DNA from: an uncultured Desulfobacterales bacterium
GTDB taxonomy: Bacteria; Desulfobacterota; DSM-4660; Desulfatiglandales; JALVZP01
Assembly (NCBI GenBank): GCA_964513995.1
Contig: CAZEOQ010000003.1
Location: 20,009 to 84,008 of the forward strand
Length of the DNA: 64,000 nucleotides
Reading direction: 5' to 3'
The translations under genes were made by a program, and so were the position numbers. The notes under the pieces were generated by a model, which saw only the letters and a program-made list of their open reading frames with translations, had not been told where the DNA came from and searched no databases. Positions 56,077-64,000 of the stretch are shown piece by piece; the first letter of the stretch is position 1, and each line of letters opens with the position of its first letter.

Positions 56077-56805
56077 TTATCCAAGCTTTTTCAGATAGTA
56101 TTCAATATATTCCTTTACCTTTTCTTTTCCTCTGTATATCCCAAAATGCCCTTCACAGAGTATGTCTGCATCAAGTCTTATTATCTTTTTCAGGGAATCT
56201 TTTGCAAGCTGTGGATCTGCTCCTGGAATAAAATAAGGGCCATGTATGTCCTGTCCAAAAAGTATCCTTTTTCCCTTTATGTCAACATAGCATACAATGC
56301 TTCCTGGAGAGTGTCCTGGGATGTGAAGAAAGAAGAATTCATATTTTCCAATCCTTATCTTTTCTTCCTCTCCTTTTATCTTTATATCTATCTTGCATGG
56401 GCTGTAAGATACCCCATACCAGTCAGCACCTGTTCCTTTTCCTTCCTCTATCATAGGTTTTTCTTTTTCATGAGCTATTATGTCAGGATTGAACATCTGC
56501 TTAAATCTATAAAGTCCTCCAATATGATCAACATGACCATGAGTGACAATTATTGCTTTTAGTCTTTCTGGATCAAAATTGAGCTTCTTTATATTTTCAA
56601 CAATCCTTTCTACACCATCTCCTATACCAGAATCTATAAGAACAAGATAAGGATGTGAATTTACAAGATAAACAGAACAGTCATCCTCATAAGAAAGATC
56701 ATGTCCTCCTACTTGATATATGTCCTCAAATATCCTGAATGGCTCTTTCATCTCTGCTTTTTTATACCAAAAACACAGAAACCTAAAAAGTAGTTTTCTT
56801 GACAT
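56077..56805 (-). CDS. metallo-beta-lactamase-fold hydrolase
   Basis: HxHxDH motif THGHVDHIGG. The start is ambiguous (ATG 56805 or ATG 56751). Confidence 0.8.
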   Translation of the reverse strand: MSRKLLFRFLCFWYKKAEMKEPFRIFEDIYQVGGHDLSYEDDCSVYLVNSHPYLVLIDSGIGDGVERIVENIKKLNFDPERLKAIIVTHGHVDHIGGLYRFKQMFNPDIIAHEKEKPMIEEGKGTGADWYGVSYSPCKIDIKIKGEEEKIRIGKYEFFFLHIPGHSPGSIVCYVDIKGKRILFGQDIHGPYFIPGADPQLAKDSLKKIIRLDADILCEGHFGIYRGKEKVKEYIEYYLKKLG

Positions 56806-56833
56806 ATTTTAACAAGTAGCTTACTCTGAGAAT

Positions 56834-58252
56834 ATGCTTGATCCAGAAAAGAATACTGTTCCAGAAAGATTGGAGAAGATATATCTTATGGGAATATGTG
56901 GTGTAGGAATGTCTGCACTTGCAGGAATCCTAAGATCTATGGGATATAAGATAAAAGGATCTGATAGCAACTTTTATCCTCCTGTAAGTGAGCTCCTTTT
57001 AAGACTGGGTATTCCTGTGTATAAATACAGTCCAGAAAATCTGAAAGAAAGACCAGATCTTGTAATTATTGGAAATGTCATAAAAAGAGATAATCCAGAA
57101 CTTTTAGAGATACTTAAAAAAGACATCCATTATCTTTCTTTTCCACAGGCAGTAAAAAAGCTCCTTCTTAGAGGAAAAAAGTCCATAGTAATTGCAGGAA
57201 CACATGGAAAGACAACGACAACGGCTCTTATAAGCTGGATACTAAGAAGAGCAGGTCTTGATCCTTCTTTTATAATAGGTGGAATAGCAAAGAACTTTGA
57301 TTCAAATTTTTATCTGGGAAAAGGAGAATTCTTCGTAATAGAAGGTGATGAATATGACAGTGCATTCTTTGATAAAAGACCAAAGTTTCTTCATTATGAT
57401 CCATGTCTTGCAGTTATTACAAACATAGAATTTGATCATGCAGACATATATAAAGATATAAGCGATGTTATTTTAAGCTTTAGAAGCTTTATAAAGCTCA
57501 TTCCTGAAGATGGAATCCTTGTATATAACAGAGAAAGCTATATACTTGACCTTGAAGCAAAAAAATCTTCTTCATGGATCATATCATATGGGACAGAGGA
57601 TTCTTTATGGTATGTGAAAGATACATGGACTGAGGAAGGAAGAACCTTTTTCCTTGTTTGTAAAGAAGGAAAAGAATATATGAAACTTAGCACACTTCTT
57701 TATGGAAGACACAATTTGTCTAATATCCTTGCAGGAATAGCAATATCTGATTATCTTGGAATTCAAAAAGATACAGTAAGGCATGCAGTAGAAGGATTTA
57801 AAGGAGTAAAAAGAAGGCTTGAGCATATTGGAGAAAAAAATGGGATCCTTGTCATAGATGATTTTGCTCATCATCCAACAGAGGTAAGGGAATCTTTAAG
57901 GGCTCTTAGAGAAAGGTTTCCTAAAAGAAGGATAATAGCTGTTTTTGAACCAAGGACAAATTCAAGCAGAAGAGATGTATTCCAGAAGAGTTATGTCTTT
58001 TCATTTGACAGTGCTGACATAGTAATGATTCCAGAACCACCTATGATGGAAGGAATTCCAGAAGATGAAAGATTCTCTTCAGCCCTTCTTGTAGAAGACC
58101 TTAAAAAAAGAGGTTTAGATGCATATTATTTTCCTGATAAAGGAAAGCTTCTTTCTCAGCTTTTAAAAAAGACAAAAAAAGGTGATATAGTCATCTTTAT
58201 GTCAAATGGAATAATGGAGAATCTTCCAAGAAGATTCCTTTTTTCACTTTAA
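56834..58252 (+). CDS. mpl: UDP-N-acetylmuramate:L-Ala-gamma-D-Glu-meso-DAP ligase (murein peptide ligase)
   Basis: Mur-ligase P-loop GTHGKTTTT. The Mpl-type N-terminus has MGICGVGMSALAGIL, NFYPPVS and VIIGNVIKRDNPE. Confidence 0.82.
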   Translation: MLDPEKNTVPERLEKIYLMGICGVGMSALAGILRSMGYKIKGSDSNFYPPVSELLLRLGIPVYKYSPENLKERPDLVIIGNVIKRDNPELLEILKKDIHYLSFPQAVKKLLLRGKKSIVIAGTHGKTTTTALISWILRRAGLDPSFIIGGIAKNFDSNFYLGKGEFFVIEGDEYDSAFFDKRPKFLHYDPCLAVITNIEFDHADIYKDISDVILSFRSFIKLIPEDGILVYNRESYILDLEAKKSSSWIISYGTEDSLWYVKDTWTEEGRTFFLVCKEGKEYMKLSTLLYGRHNLSNILAGIAISDYLGIQKDTVRHAVEGFKGVKRRLEHIGEKNGILVIDDFAHHPTEVRESLRALRERFPKRRIIAVFEPRTNSSRRDVFQKSYVFSFDSADIVMIPEPPMMEGIPEDERFSSALLVEDLKKRGLDAYYFPDKGKLLSQLLKKTKKGDIVIFMSNGIMENLPRRFLFSL

Positions 58253-58762
58253 AAGTGATATAAGAATAAGGAAAAACGAAGGAATCCAAAGACATATGAT
58301 CTCATTTATTATGACAATCTTTCCCCATTCACTGAAGAAATCACTGATCCTTACAGGAGAAGCAATCATTGGTCTCCAAGGAAGAAGATATCTTTTGTTT
58401 GAAAAAGGAGAAAAAAATGCAACTCCTTTTCCACCTGCTGTCATTGCATCAAGAAAAGAGTGAAGGAGAGAAAGACCAAAACCGATCCCTTCATAAAAGA
58501 ACCATTTTCCTGTAAATGCTTTTATGTGGAAAAATACATGGACTAGGAATATGCTGAGGATAAGAGAAAAGAATATGGAATGAAAAAACCCTCTGTGTCC
58601 AAAAAAACTGCTATAAGGTATTCCTAAAAAAAAAGATATTCCGTCTATGTCAGGAAATACAGAACTTAGGACAGAAAAAAGAAGGAACTTGAGATCTTCC
58701 TTAGAAGAAAGTGCAAATCCTACTGATAGTCCAACTACAGCATGAGATATAACTGTTGGCAC
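58244..58762 (-). CDS. membrane-bound metal-dependent hydrolase, YdjM/DUF457-like
   Basis: Multi-TM protein with His-rich loops (SHAVVG, GHRGFFHS, LLHSFLD). The GTG start overlaps the hisG stop by 1 nt. Confidence 0.65.
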   Translation of the reverse strand: MPTVISHAVVGLSVGFALSSKEDLKFLLFSVLSSVFPDIDGISFFLGIPYSSFFGHRGFFHSIFFSLILSIFLVHVFFHIKAFTGKWFFYEGIGFGLSLLHSFLDAMTAGGKGVAFFSPFSNKRYLLPWRPMIASPVRISDFFSEWGKIVIINEIICLWIPSFFLILISLLK

Positions 58763-59634
58763 TATATTACCTTATTCAGTGGATATTCTATTATGTCCTG
58801 TGCTCCTGCTTTTATAAGCTTTGGAATAAGATCTCTTACTACCTGTGAATTTACAACTGCTTCTACTGAAAGCCAATCAGAATTATAAAGACTTGCTACA
58901 GTTGGTGCCTTCATACTTGGAAGAATCTTTATGACCTCATCAAGTCTTTCCTTTGGAACATTCATCTTAAGCCCTACCATACTTTCTGCTCTAAGAGCAC
59001 CTTTTAGAAGAAGTGCAATCTGCTCAATTTTACTTCTTTTCCAAGGATCCTTGTATGCTTCTTTGTTTGCAATAAGCTGTGGATTTGTCTTCATAAACTC
59101 ATATATGATCTTAAGTCCATGTGCCTTTATTGTGCTTCCTGTTTCTGTCACTTCAACTATAGCGTCTACAAGACCTGCTGCAACCTTTGCTTCTGTTGCT
59201 CCCCAAGAAAATTCAACTTCTACATCAATCCCTTTCTGTTTAAAGAATCTTTTCGTAAATCTTACGAGTTCAGTTGCAATCTTTTTTCCTCTTAGATCTT
59301 CAAGACTTTTTATATCTGAATCTGCTCTTACTGCAAGGACCCATCTTGCAGGCTTGTTTGTCGTCTTTGAATATACAAGGTCCTCCACAACAATCACATC
59401 TGACTCATTTTCTTCTATCCAGTCCCTTCCAGTAATTCCTGCATCAAGTGTTCCATCTTCTACATACTTTGACATCTCTTGTGCTCTGCAGATTGTGCAT
59501 TCAATCTCTTCATCATTTATATCAGGAAAATAGCTCCTTTCATTTACTGTAATCTTCCATCCAGATTTTTCAAAAAGGTTTATTGTTGCATTTTGAAGAC
59601 TTCCTTTTGGAATCCCAAGCTTTAACTTCTTCAT
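58762..59634 (-). CDS. hisG: ATP phosphoribosyltransferase, long form
   Basis: 290 aa with the [11 protein letters not shown]-terminus, a catalytic core and a C-terminal regulatory domain. Confidence 0.9.
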   Translation of the reverse strand: MKKLKLGIPKGSLQNATINLFEKSGWKITVNERSYFPDINDEEIECTICRAQEMSKYVEDGTLDAGITGRDWIEENESDVIVVEDLVYSKTTNKPARWVLAVRADSDIKSLEDLRGKKIATELVRFTKRFFKQKGIDVEVEFSWGATEAKVAAGLVDAIVEVTETGSTIKAHGLKIIYEFMKTNPQLIANKEAYKDPWKRSKIEQIALLLKGALRAESMVGLKMNVPKERLDEVIKILPSMKAPTVASLYNSDWLSVEAVVNSQVVRDLIPKLIKAGAQDIIEYPLNKVI

Positions 59635-60017
59635 TTCTCATACACCTCTTTTGGATCAAATATCTTTTTTCCAACAATCCTGTATGTCCCATCCTTTTCT
59701 ACTTTTTTATGAAAACAGCTCTCATATCCTTCATGACATGCAGCTCCACCAATCTGTTCAACCAGAAAAAGGACTGTATCATTATCACAGTCAACAAATA
59801 TCTCTTTTATCTTCTGAACATTTCCTGAGCTTTCTCCCTTATGCCAAATCTTCCTCCTTGATCTGCTCCAGAAGTGTGTTTCTCCTGTCTGAAGACACCT
59901 CTTCCATGCTTCTTCATTTATATATGCAAGCATAAGGACTTTTTTAGTCTTGTAATCCTGAACAATAGCAGGAATTAAACCATTTCCTTTAGAAAAGTCA
60001 AGTCTTATCTTTTCCAT
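59631..60017 (-). CDS. hisI: phosphoribosyl-AMP cyclohydrolase (monofunctional)
   Basis: [27 protein letters not shown] motif. At 128 aa it has no HisE domain. Confidence 0.9.
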   Translation of the reverse strand: MEKIRLDFSKGNGLIPAIVQDYKTKKVLMLAYINEEAWKRCLQTGETHFWSRSRRKIWHKGESSGNVQKIKEIFVDCDNDTVLFLVEQIGGAACHEGYESCFHKKVEKDGTYRIVGKKIFDPKEVYEK

Positions 60018-61248
60018 AAAATACCCTCTCCCAAACCTCCCAGAAATTTGGAAAAGACTTACTTACACATTCTTTTCCCTTTATCTCTATGTCCTTTACT
60101 TTCAGCTTTGCAACAGCAAAACTCATAGCAATCCTGTGATCATTATATGTTTCAATCTGAGCACCATGAAGCTTTTTTCCTCCTTCTATTATAAGTCCAT
60201 CCTCTTTTTCTTCTACCTTTCCTCCAAGCTTTCTTATCTCTGTAGCCATTGCCTTCAGTCTGTCTGATTCTTTTCCTCTCAGATGAGGAACATTAAATAT
60301 GTGTGTCTTTCCTTTTGCAAAAAGACTTATTACAGCAAGTGTTGGAACCTGATCAGGCATATTGTTCATGTCTATTTCTATTCCTTCAAGCTCCCCTCCT
60401 TTTACCTTTATCCCATCATCCTCTTCTTCTACAGTGCATCCCATCTTTTCAAGGACATCCAGGAATTTTATATCTGGCTGATTAGAACTTCTTTTAAGTC
60501 CTTTTACCTTAATCTCTTCTCCTGTAACAGCAGCAGCTGCCCAAAAATATGCTGCACTTGATGCATCAGGCTCTACCGAAAACTCCCTTCCCATATATGG
60601 ATGATAAGGAAATCTATACCATCTGAGATCACTTGATACTCTGTAGTTCATTCCAAACTTTCTCATAACTTCAAGTGTAAGTCTTATATAGCTTCCAGAA
60701 ACAGGTATTTCTTTTATAAGAAGTTCCATTCCATACTTAAGACATGGACCAACAATAATCAGTGCAGATACGAATTGACTGCTTTCTGCTTTTGGAAGGA
60801 GAAATGTTCCACCAATAAGTGGACCTCTTATTATAAAAGGGATGTGCCATTTTTTTTCTAAAAATTTCAGTCCTATCCCAACTTTGAATAAAACCTGAAG
60901 AAGATCTTCCATTGGTCTTTCTTTCAGTCTCTTATCTCCTGTAATAAGGACATCCTTTTTTGCAAGTGAAGCAAATGCCGTAAGAAATCTTGCAGAAGTC
61001 CCTGAATTTCCAACATATATCTCTGTCTTTTCCTCAGGTGGATTTATCCTTCCATTTGTTCCTTTTACATAAATCCTTTCCCCTTCCCTTCTTATATCCA
61101 CTCCAAGCTTTCTAAGTGCTTCCATTGTATAGATCGTATCATCACACAGAAGCGGATTCTTTATAACAGAATTTCCAAGTGCAAGAGCAGATATAACGAG
61201 TGCTCTATGCGTTATACTTTTTGAAGGAGGAACTTCTACTTCTAACAT
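59998..61248 (-). CDS. aroA: 3-phosphoshikimate 1-carboxyvinyltransferase (EPSP synthase)
   Basis: [20 protein letters not shown] and RGKESDRL motifs. Confidence 0.9.
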   Translation of the reverse strand: MLEVEVPPSKSITHRALVISALALGNSVIKNPLLCDDTIYTMEALRKLGVDIRREGERIYVKGTNGRINPPEEKTEIYVGNSGTSARFLTAFASLAKKDVLITGDKRLKERPMEDLLQVLFKVGIGLKFLEKKWHIPFIIRGPLIGGTFLLPKAESSQFVSALIIVGPCLKYGMELLIKEIPVSGSYIRLTLEVMRKFGMNYRVSSDLRWYRFPYHPYMGREFSVEPDASSAAYFWAAAAVTGEEIKVKGLKRSSNQPDIKFLDVLEKMGCTVEEEDDGIKVKGGELEGIEIDMNNMPDQVPTLAVISLFAKGKTHIFNVPHLRGKESDRLKAMATEIRKLGGKVEEKEDGLIIEGGKKLHGAQIETYNDHRIAMSFAVAKLKVKDIEIKGKECVSKSFPNFWEVWERVFYGKDKT

Positions 61249-62084
61249 GGATCTTTTCCTCTAAGACATGACAGGACTGTTTTTTTCATAACTTCCAAAG
61301 GAGCTTCTTTTTTGGTCCAAAGTTCAAACTGCTTTGCTCCTTGATAAACAAACATATCTACGCCTGTTATTATTCTGCATCCTGCTTTTTTTGCCATCTT
61401 AAGGAACTCTGTTTCCAAAGGATTATATATAACATCCATAACAACTGTTCCAGGTCTAAAAATAGATCCTGATACAGGGCTTTTTTCCACATCAGGATAC
61501 ATTCCAACAGAAGTTGCCTGAATAATTATATGTGCATCTGTCTGTTTAAGTGAAGAAAGAGGAATAAATTCTGCATCTATATCCCTTGCAAGCTTTTCTC
61601 CACGCTCTTTTGTCCTATTACATACAGTTACAGTAGCTCCTTCTTCTTTCAGTCCAAAACAGATTGCTCTTGCAGCTCCTCCTGCTCCTATAACAAGGAC
61701 TTTTTTCCCTCTAAGTTCATTTACCTCTTTCTTTAAAGCAGCTATAGCACCATATGCATCTGTGTTATATCCTATTATCTTTCCATTATCATTCAGAAGT
61801 GTATTTACTGCTCCAATCCTTTCTGCAAGAGGATCTATCTCATCAAGATATTCACATATCTTTTCCTTATATGGAATCGTTATACTCAGCCCTTTAATAG
61901 AAAGTGATCTCATTCCACAGACAACACAGCTTACATCCTTACAAGGAAAGTAAAGATATACAGCATTTATTCCTTTTTCATGAAAAGCAGTGTTGTGCAT
62001 AACAGGGCTAAGACTGTGAGATAATGGATATCCAACAACTCCAAATATCATTGTATCAGGACTTATCCTTTTATCTCCTCCCAT
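61242..62084 (-). CDS. aroE: shikimate dehydrogenase
   Basis: GVVGYPLSHSLSPVMHN and GAGGAARA motifs. The start is ambiguous (ATG 62084 or 62051). The ORF-track start 62159 lies deep inside aroD and is rejected. Confidence 0.85.
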   Translation of the reverse strand: MGGDKRISPDTMIFGVVGYPLSHSLSPVMHNTAFHEKGINAVYLYFPCKDVSCVVCGMRSLSIKGLSITIPYKEKICEYLDEIDPLAERIGAVNTLLNDNGKIIGYNTDAYGAIAALKKEVNELRGKKVLVIGAGGAARAICFGLKEEGATVTVCNRTKERGEKLARDIDAEFIPLSSLKQTDAHIIIQATSVGMYPDVEKSPVSGSIFRPGTVVMDVIYNPLETEFLKMAKKAGCRIITGVDMFVYQGAKQFELWTKKEAPLEVMKKTVLSCLRGKDPC

Positions 62085-62740
62085 ATCCTTCTTAAAAAAG
62101 TAGCAGTGATCTGTCCAGGTGCTGCCTTTTCTTCTTCTCTGAGTGAACAGTATGTCCATGGAGAACCAAATATAGGAGAAATTATTCTGCTAAGTTTTCC
62201 ATACTCACCCATTGCAAATGATATAAGACTGTATCCTTTTTTTCTAAAATCATCAACAAGTCTTAAGAATAGAAAATTGTCATACCATCCTTTTGCATAT
62301 CCTATAATTTTTCCTATATCTGCTCCTTCTGAAAATATCCTGTATGCATGTTCATAAAGCAGATTTTCTGGAACAGGCTCAAAGAAGTGCTTTGAAATGA
62401 TTACCTTTGTATCCTTTTTTGACTTCAGGATCTCCTCTTTTAGATCCCTTTCTGTATCAAGTTCTATGTCAACATAGTCTGCTCCAAGAGATACTGCTTT
62501 TTTCAAAACCTTTATCCTTTCTGCTTCACTTATCTCCTTATTAAACCCTCCTTCTTTCTTTGATCTAAATGTAACTATCAAAGGAAGCTTACTGTTCTTT
62601 ATCAATCTTTCAAGATCAAAACTTTCCATACTGTCAAGTCTTATCTCTATAAGATCTGCAAGATCCTTTGCCTCTTCCATCTTCTTAAGAGCATCTTCTG
62701 TATTTTTTGACAATATAGAAACACATATCTTCCAGTTCAT
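62063..62740 (-). CDS. aroD: 3-dehydroquinate dehydratase, type I
   Basis: 225 aa TIM-barrel-type DHQase pattern (DLIEIRLD...VDIEL). It is grouped with aroE and aroA. Confidence 0.8.
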   Translation of the reverse strand: MNWKICVSILSKNTEDALKKMEEAKDLADLIEIRLDSMESFDLERLIKNSKLPLIVTFRSKKEGGFNKEISEAERIKVLKKAVSLGADYVDIELDTERDLKEEILKSKKDTKVIISKHFFEPVPENLLYEHAYRIFSEGADIGKIIGYAKGWYDNFLFLRLVDDFRKKGYSLISFAMGEYGKLSRIISPIFGSPWTYCSLREEEKAAPGQITATFLRRIWEEIKG

Positions 62741-63981
62741 GGAAGATCTATCCTCCCCTCAGCTATTGCAACAGGAAATACAGGGACCCTTATCCCTGGC
62801 TTCTTCCACTGAAATATACAAGCAATTGCACCCTGTTTTGGATCAAAACTGAATATAAGCTGATGAAACTTAGAAAATCTTATTCTTCCAACAGCACCAA
62901 ACATATCTGTCCTTTCAATTTCTTTTACTATCTTTTCAGGATCAAGCTCACCTGCCCTTTCCATAGCTTCTTTCAGGACATATACTGCATCATATGAATT
63001 TGCTGCACCGTGACAGCTAAGTCTTTTTGCTTTTTCACTTCCCCAGAATCTTTTATATGCATTATAGAACTCCAAGGACTTTGGAATCTTCTTTACAGGA
63101 ATTGATCCTGCCTCAAGAATAAAACCAAAGATTCCTTCAACTGCACCATCTGTCACTTCCCATGCGTATTCTGGAGCTGCTGGACTTATTATTCCTGTAA
63201 CGACTGCTTTTATCTTCATCAAGTAAAGCTGTTTTATAAGGATTTCAGCCTCAGGCATGTCAAAAAATATAAGAAGGAGTTTTGAATCAGAAGATTTTAT
63301 CTTAAAAAGAGAAGAAGAAAAATCTGTTGTTCCCATAGGATATACATCAAATCCATAAACCTTCCATTTATTTTTTTCTAACCATTCTTTTAATGAACTT
63401 CCTGTCTGTCTTGTCCAAAGCACATCTTGAACAATTATGTATGCCTTTTTCTTTATTCTTTGAGTTTTTTCCAGAAACGAAATAAACTTCTTAAAATAAG
63501 AAACCACATAACCTGAGTCTATTCCCATTCTGAAAAGATACTTATACTTTGAGTAGTCCTCTTTTATCCTTTTCTGAAACTCAGAACTAAGAGCTATTGT
63601 GCATATATAAGGAATTCTGTATCTTGCTATAAGATCCATGGATGCCAAAAGAACTTCTGATCTGCTTGCTCCAACAATTATTGCATCAGGTCTTTTTTCA
63701 AGTATAAGCTTCTCTATAGCCATAATCGCATCATATACAGGGACTCCTGCTTCTGCTCCTCTTGTGTCTATTGAATATGCTTTAAGCATGTGATACCCAT
63801 CTTTTAGCCTGACTCCTCCTTTTTTGTTTATCTCATATACAGCAAGCTGAACAGCTCTCCATGCATCCATTCCCTCAATTGTTTTTAAACTTGTAGGAAC
63901 TCCTATTATTATAGGACGAGCTGATGCAAGGCAAAGATTGCAGATAAATAGCAAAAGAAAAAGACTATTTTTTAAATGCAT
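62737..63981 (-). CDS. periplasmic substrate-binding protein, LivK/Peripla_BP_6-like
   Basis: Signal peptide and a type I periplasmic binding-protein pattern. AGGAG SD upstream, and an ATGA overlap with aroD. Confidence 0.75.
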   Translation of the reverse strand: MHLKNSLFLLLFICNLCLASARPIIIGVPTSLKTIEGMDAWRAVQLAVYEINKKGGVRLKDGYHMLKAYSIDTRGAEAGVPVYDAIMAIEKLILEKRPDAIIVGASRSEVLLASMDLIARYRIPYICTIALSSEFQKRIKEDYSKYKYLFRMGIDSGYVVSYFKKFISFLEKTQRIKKKAYIIVQDVLWTRQTGSSLKEWLEKNKWKVYGFDVYPMGTTDFSSSLFKIKSSDSKLLLIFFDMPEAEILIKQLYLMKIKAVVTGIISPAAPEYAWEVTDGAVEGIFGFILEAGSIPVKKIPKSLEFYNAYKRFWGSEKAKRLSCHGAANSYDAVYVLKEAMERAGELDPEKIVKEIERTDMFGAVGRIRFSKFHQLIFSFDPKQGAIACIFQWKKPGIRVPVFPVAIAEGRIDLP

Positions 63982-64000
63982 CTGCTATATATTCTCCTAA

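Overview
This is a very gene-dense chromosomal segment: about 58 protein genes, one tRNA and one SRP RNA, with many 1-40 nt gene overlaps. It is AT-rich by eye (GC not computed). Sense strands are purine-rich (AGA/AGG, AAA/AAG, GAA/GAG codons), and the two structural RNAs stand out as GC-rich islands. That pattern suggests a thermophilic bacterium with a Gram-negative type envelope (MsbA-like exporter, PlsB, MacAB-like pump, GldG-like module). The taxon cannot be assigned from the sequence alone. Most of the content is housekeeping: tilS-hpt, trpB2, an HU/IHF protein, SRP RNA, cstA, hsp20, pabABC, initiator tRNA, plsB, ugd, dprA, glnE, prmA, groESL, mpl, hisGI and aroADE. I saw no transposase, integrase, phage gene, CRISPR array or recognisable defence gene, so this is not an obvious accessory island. 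Five parts are not explained by textbook pathways. (1) 45896-48026 encodes a Zn-ribbon/GNAT acetyltransferase fused to a complete ABC-type ATPase, translationally coupled to an ASCH-domain protein. (2) 17935-28209 is a 10-kb co-directional cluster with two family-III CoA-transferases, two paralogous double-hotdog proteins and an AMP-forming ligase. A secreted Ycf48-like beta-propeller and an RND/MMPL-type transporter are embedded in it, and a strong terminator-like hairpin sits inside a signal-peptide coding region. (3) 52733-56805 is an MBL-hydrolase plus HpnJ/HpnI/HpnK-like operon with no hopanoid cyclase in view. (4) 34980-38614 is an active/inactive transglutaminase-like pair coupled to glnE. 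(5) An initiator tRNA sits directly upstream of the PABA (folate) operon. All functional proposals for these regions are inference. The decisive HMM, structure and neighbourhood searches are named in each finding.
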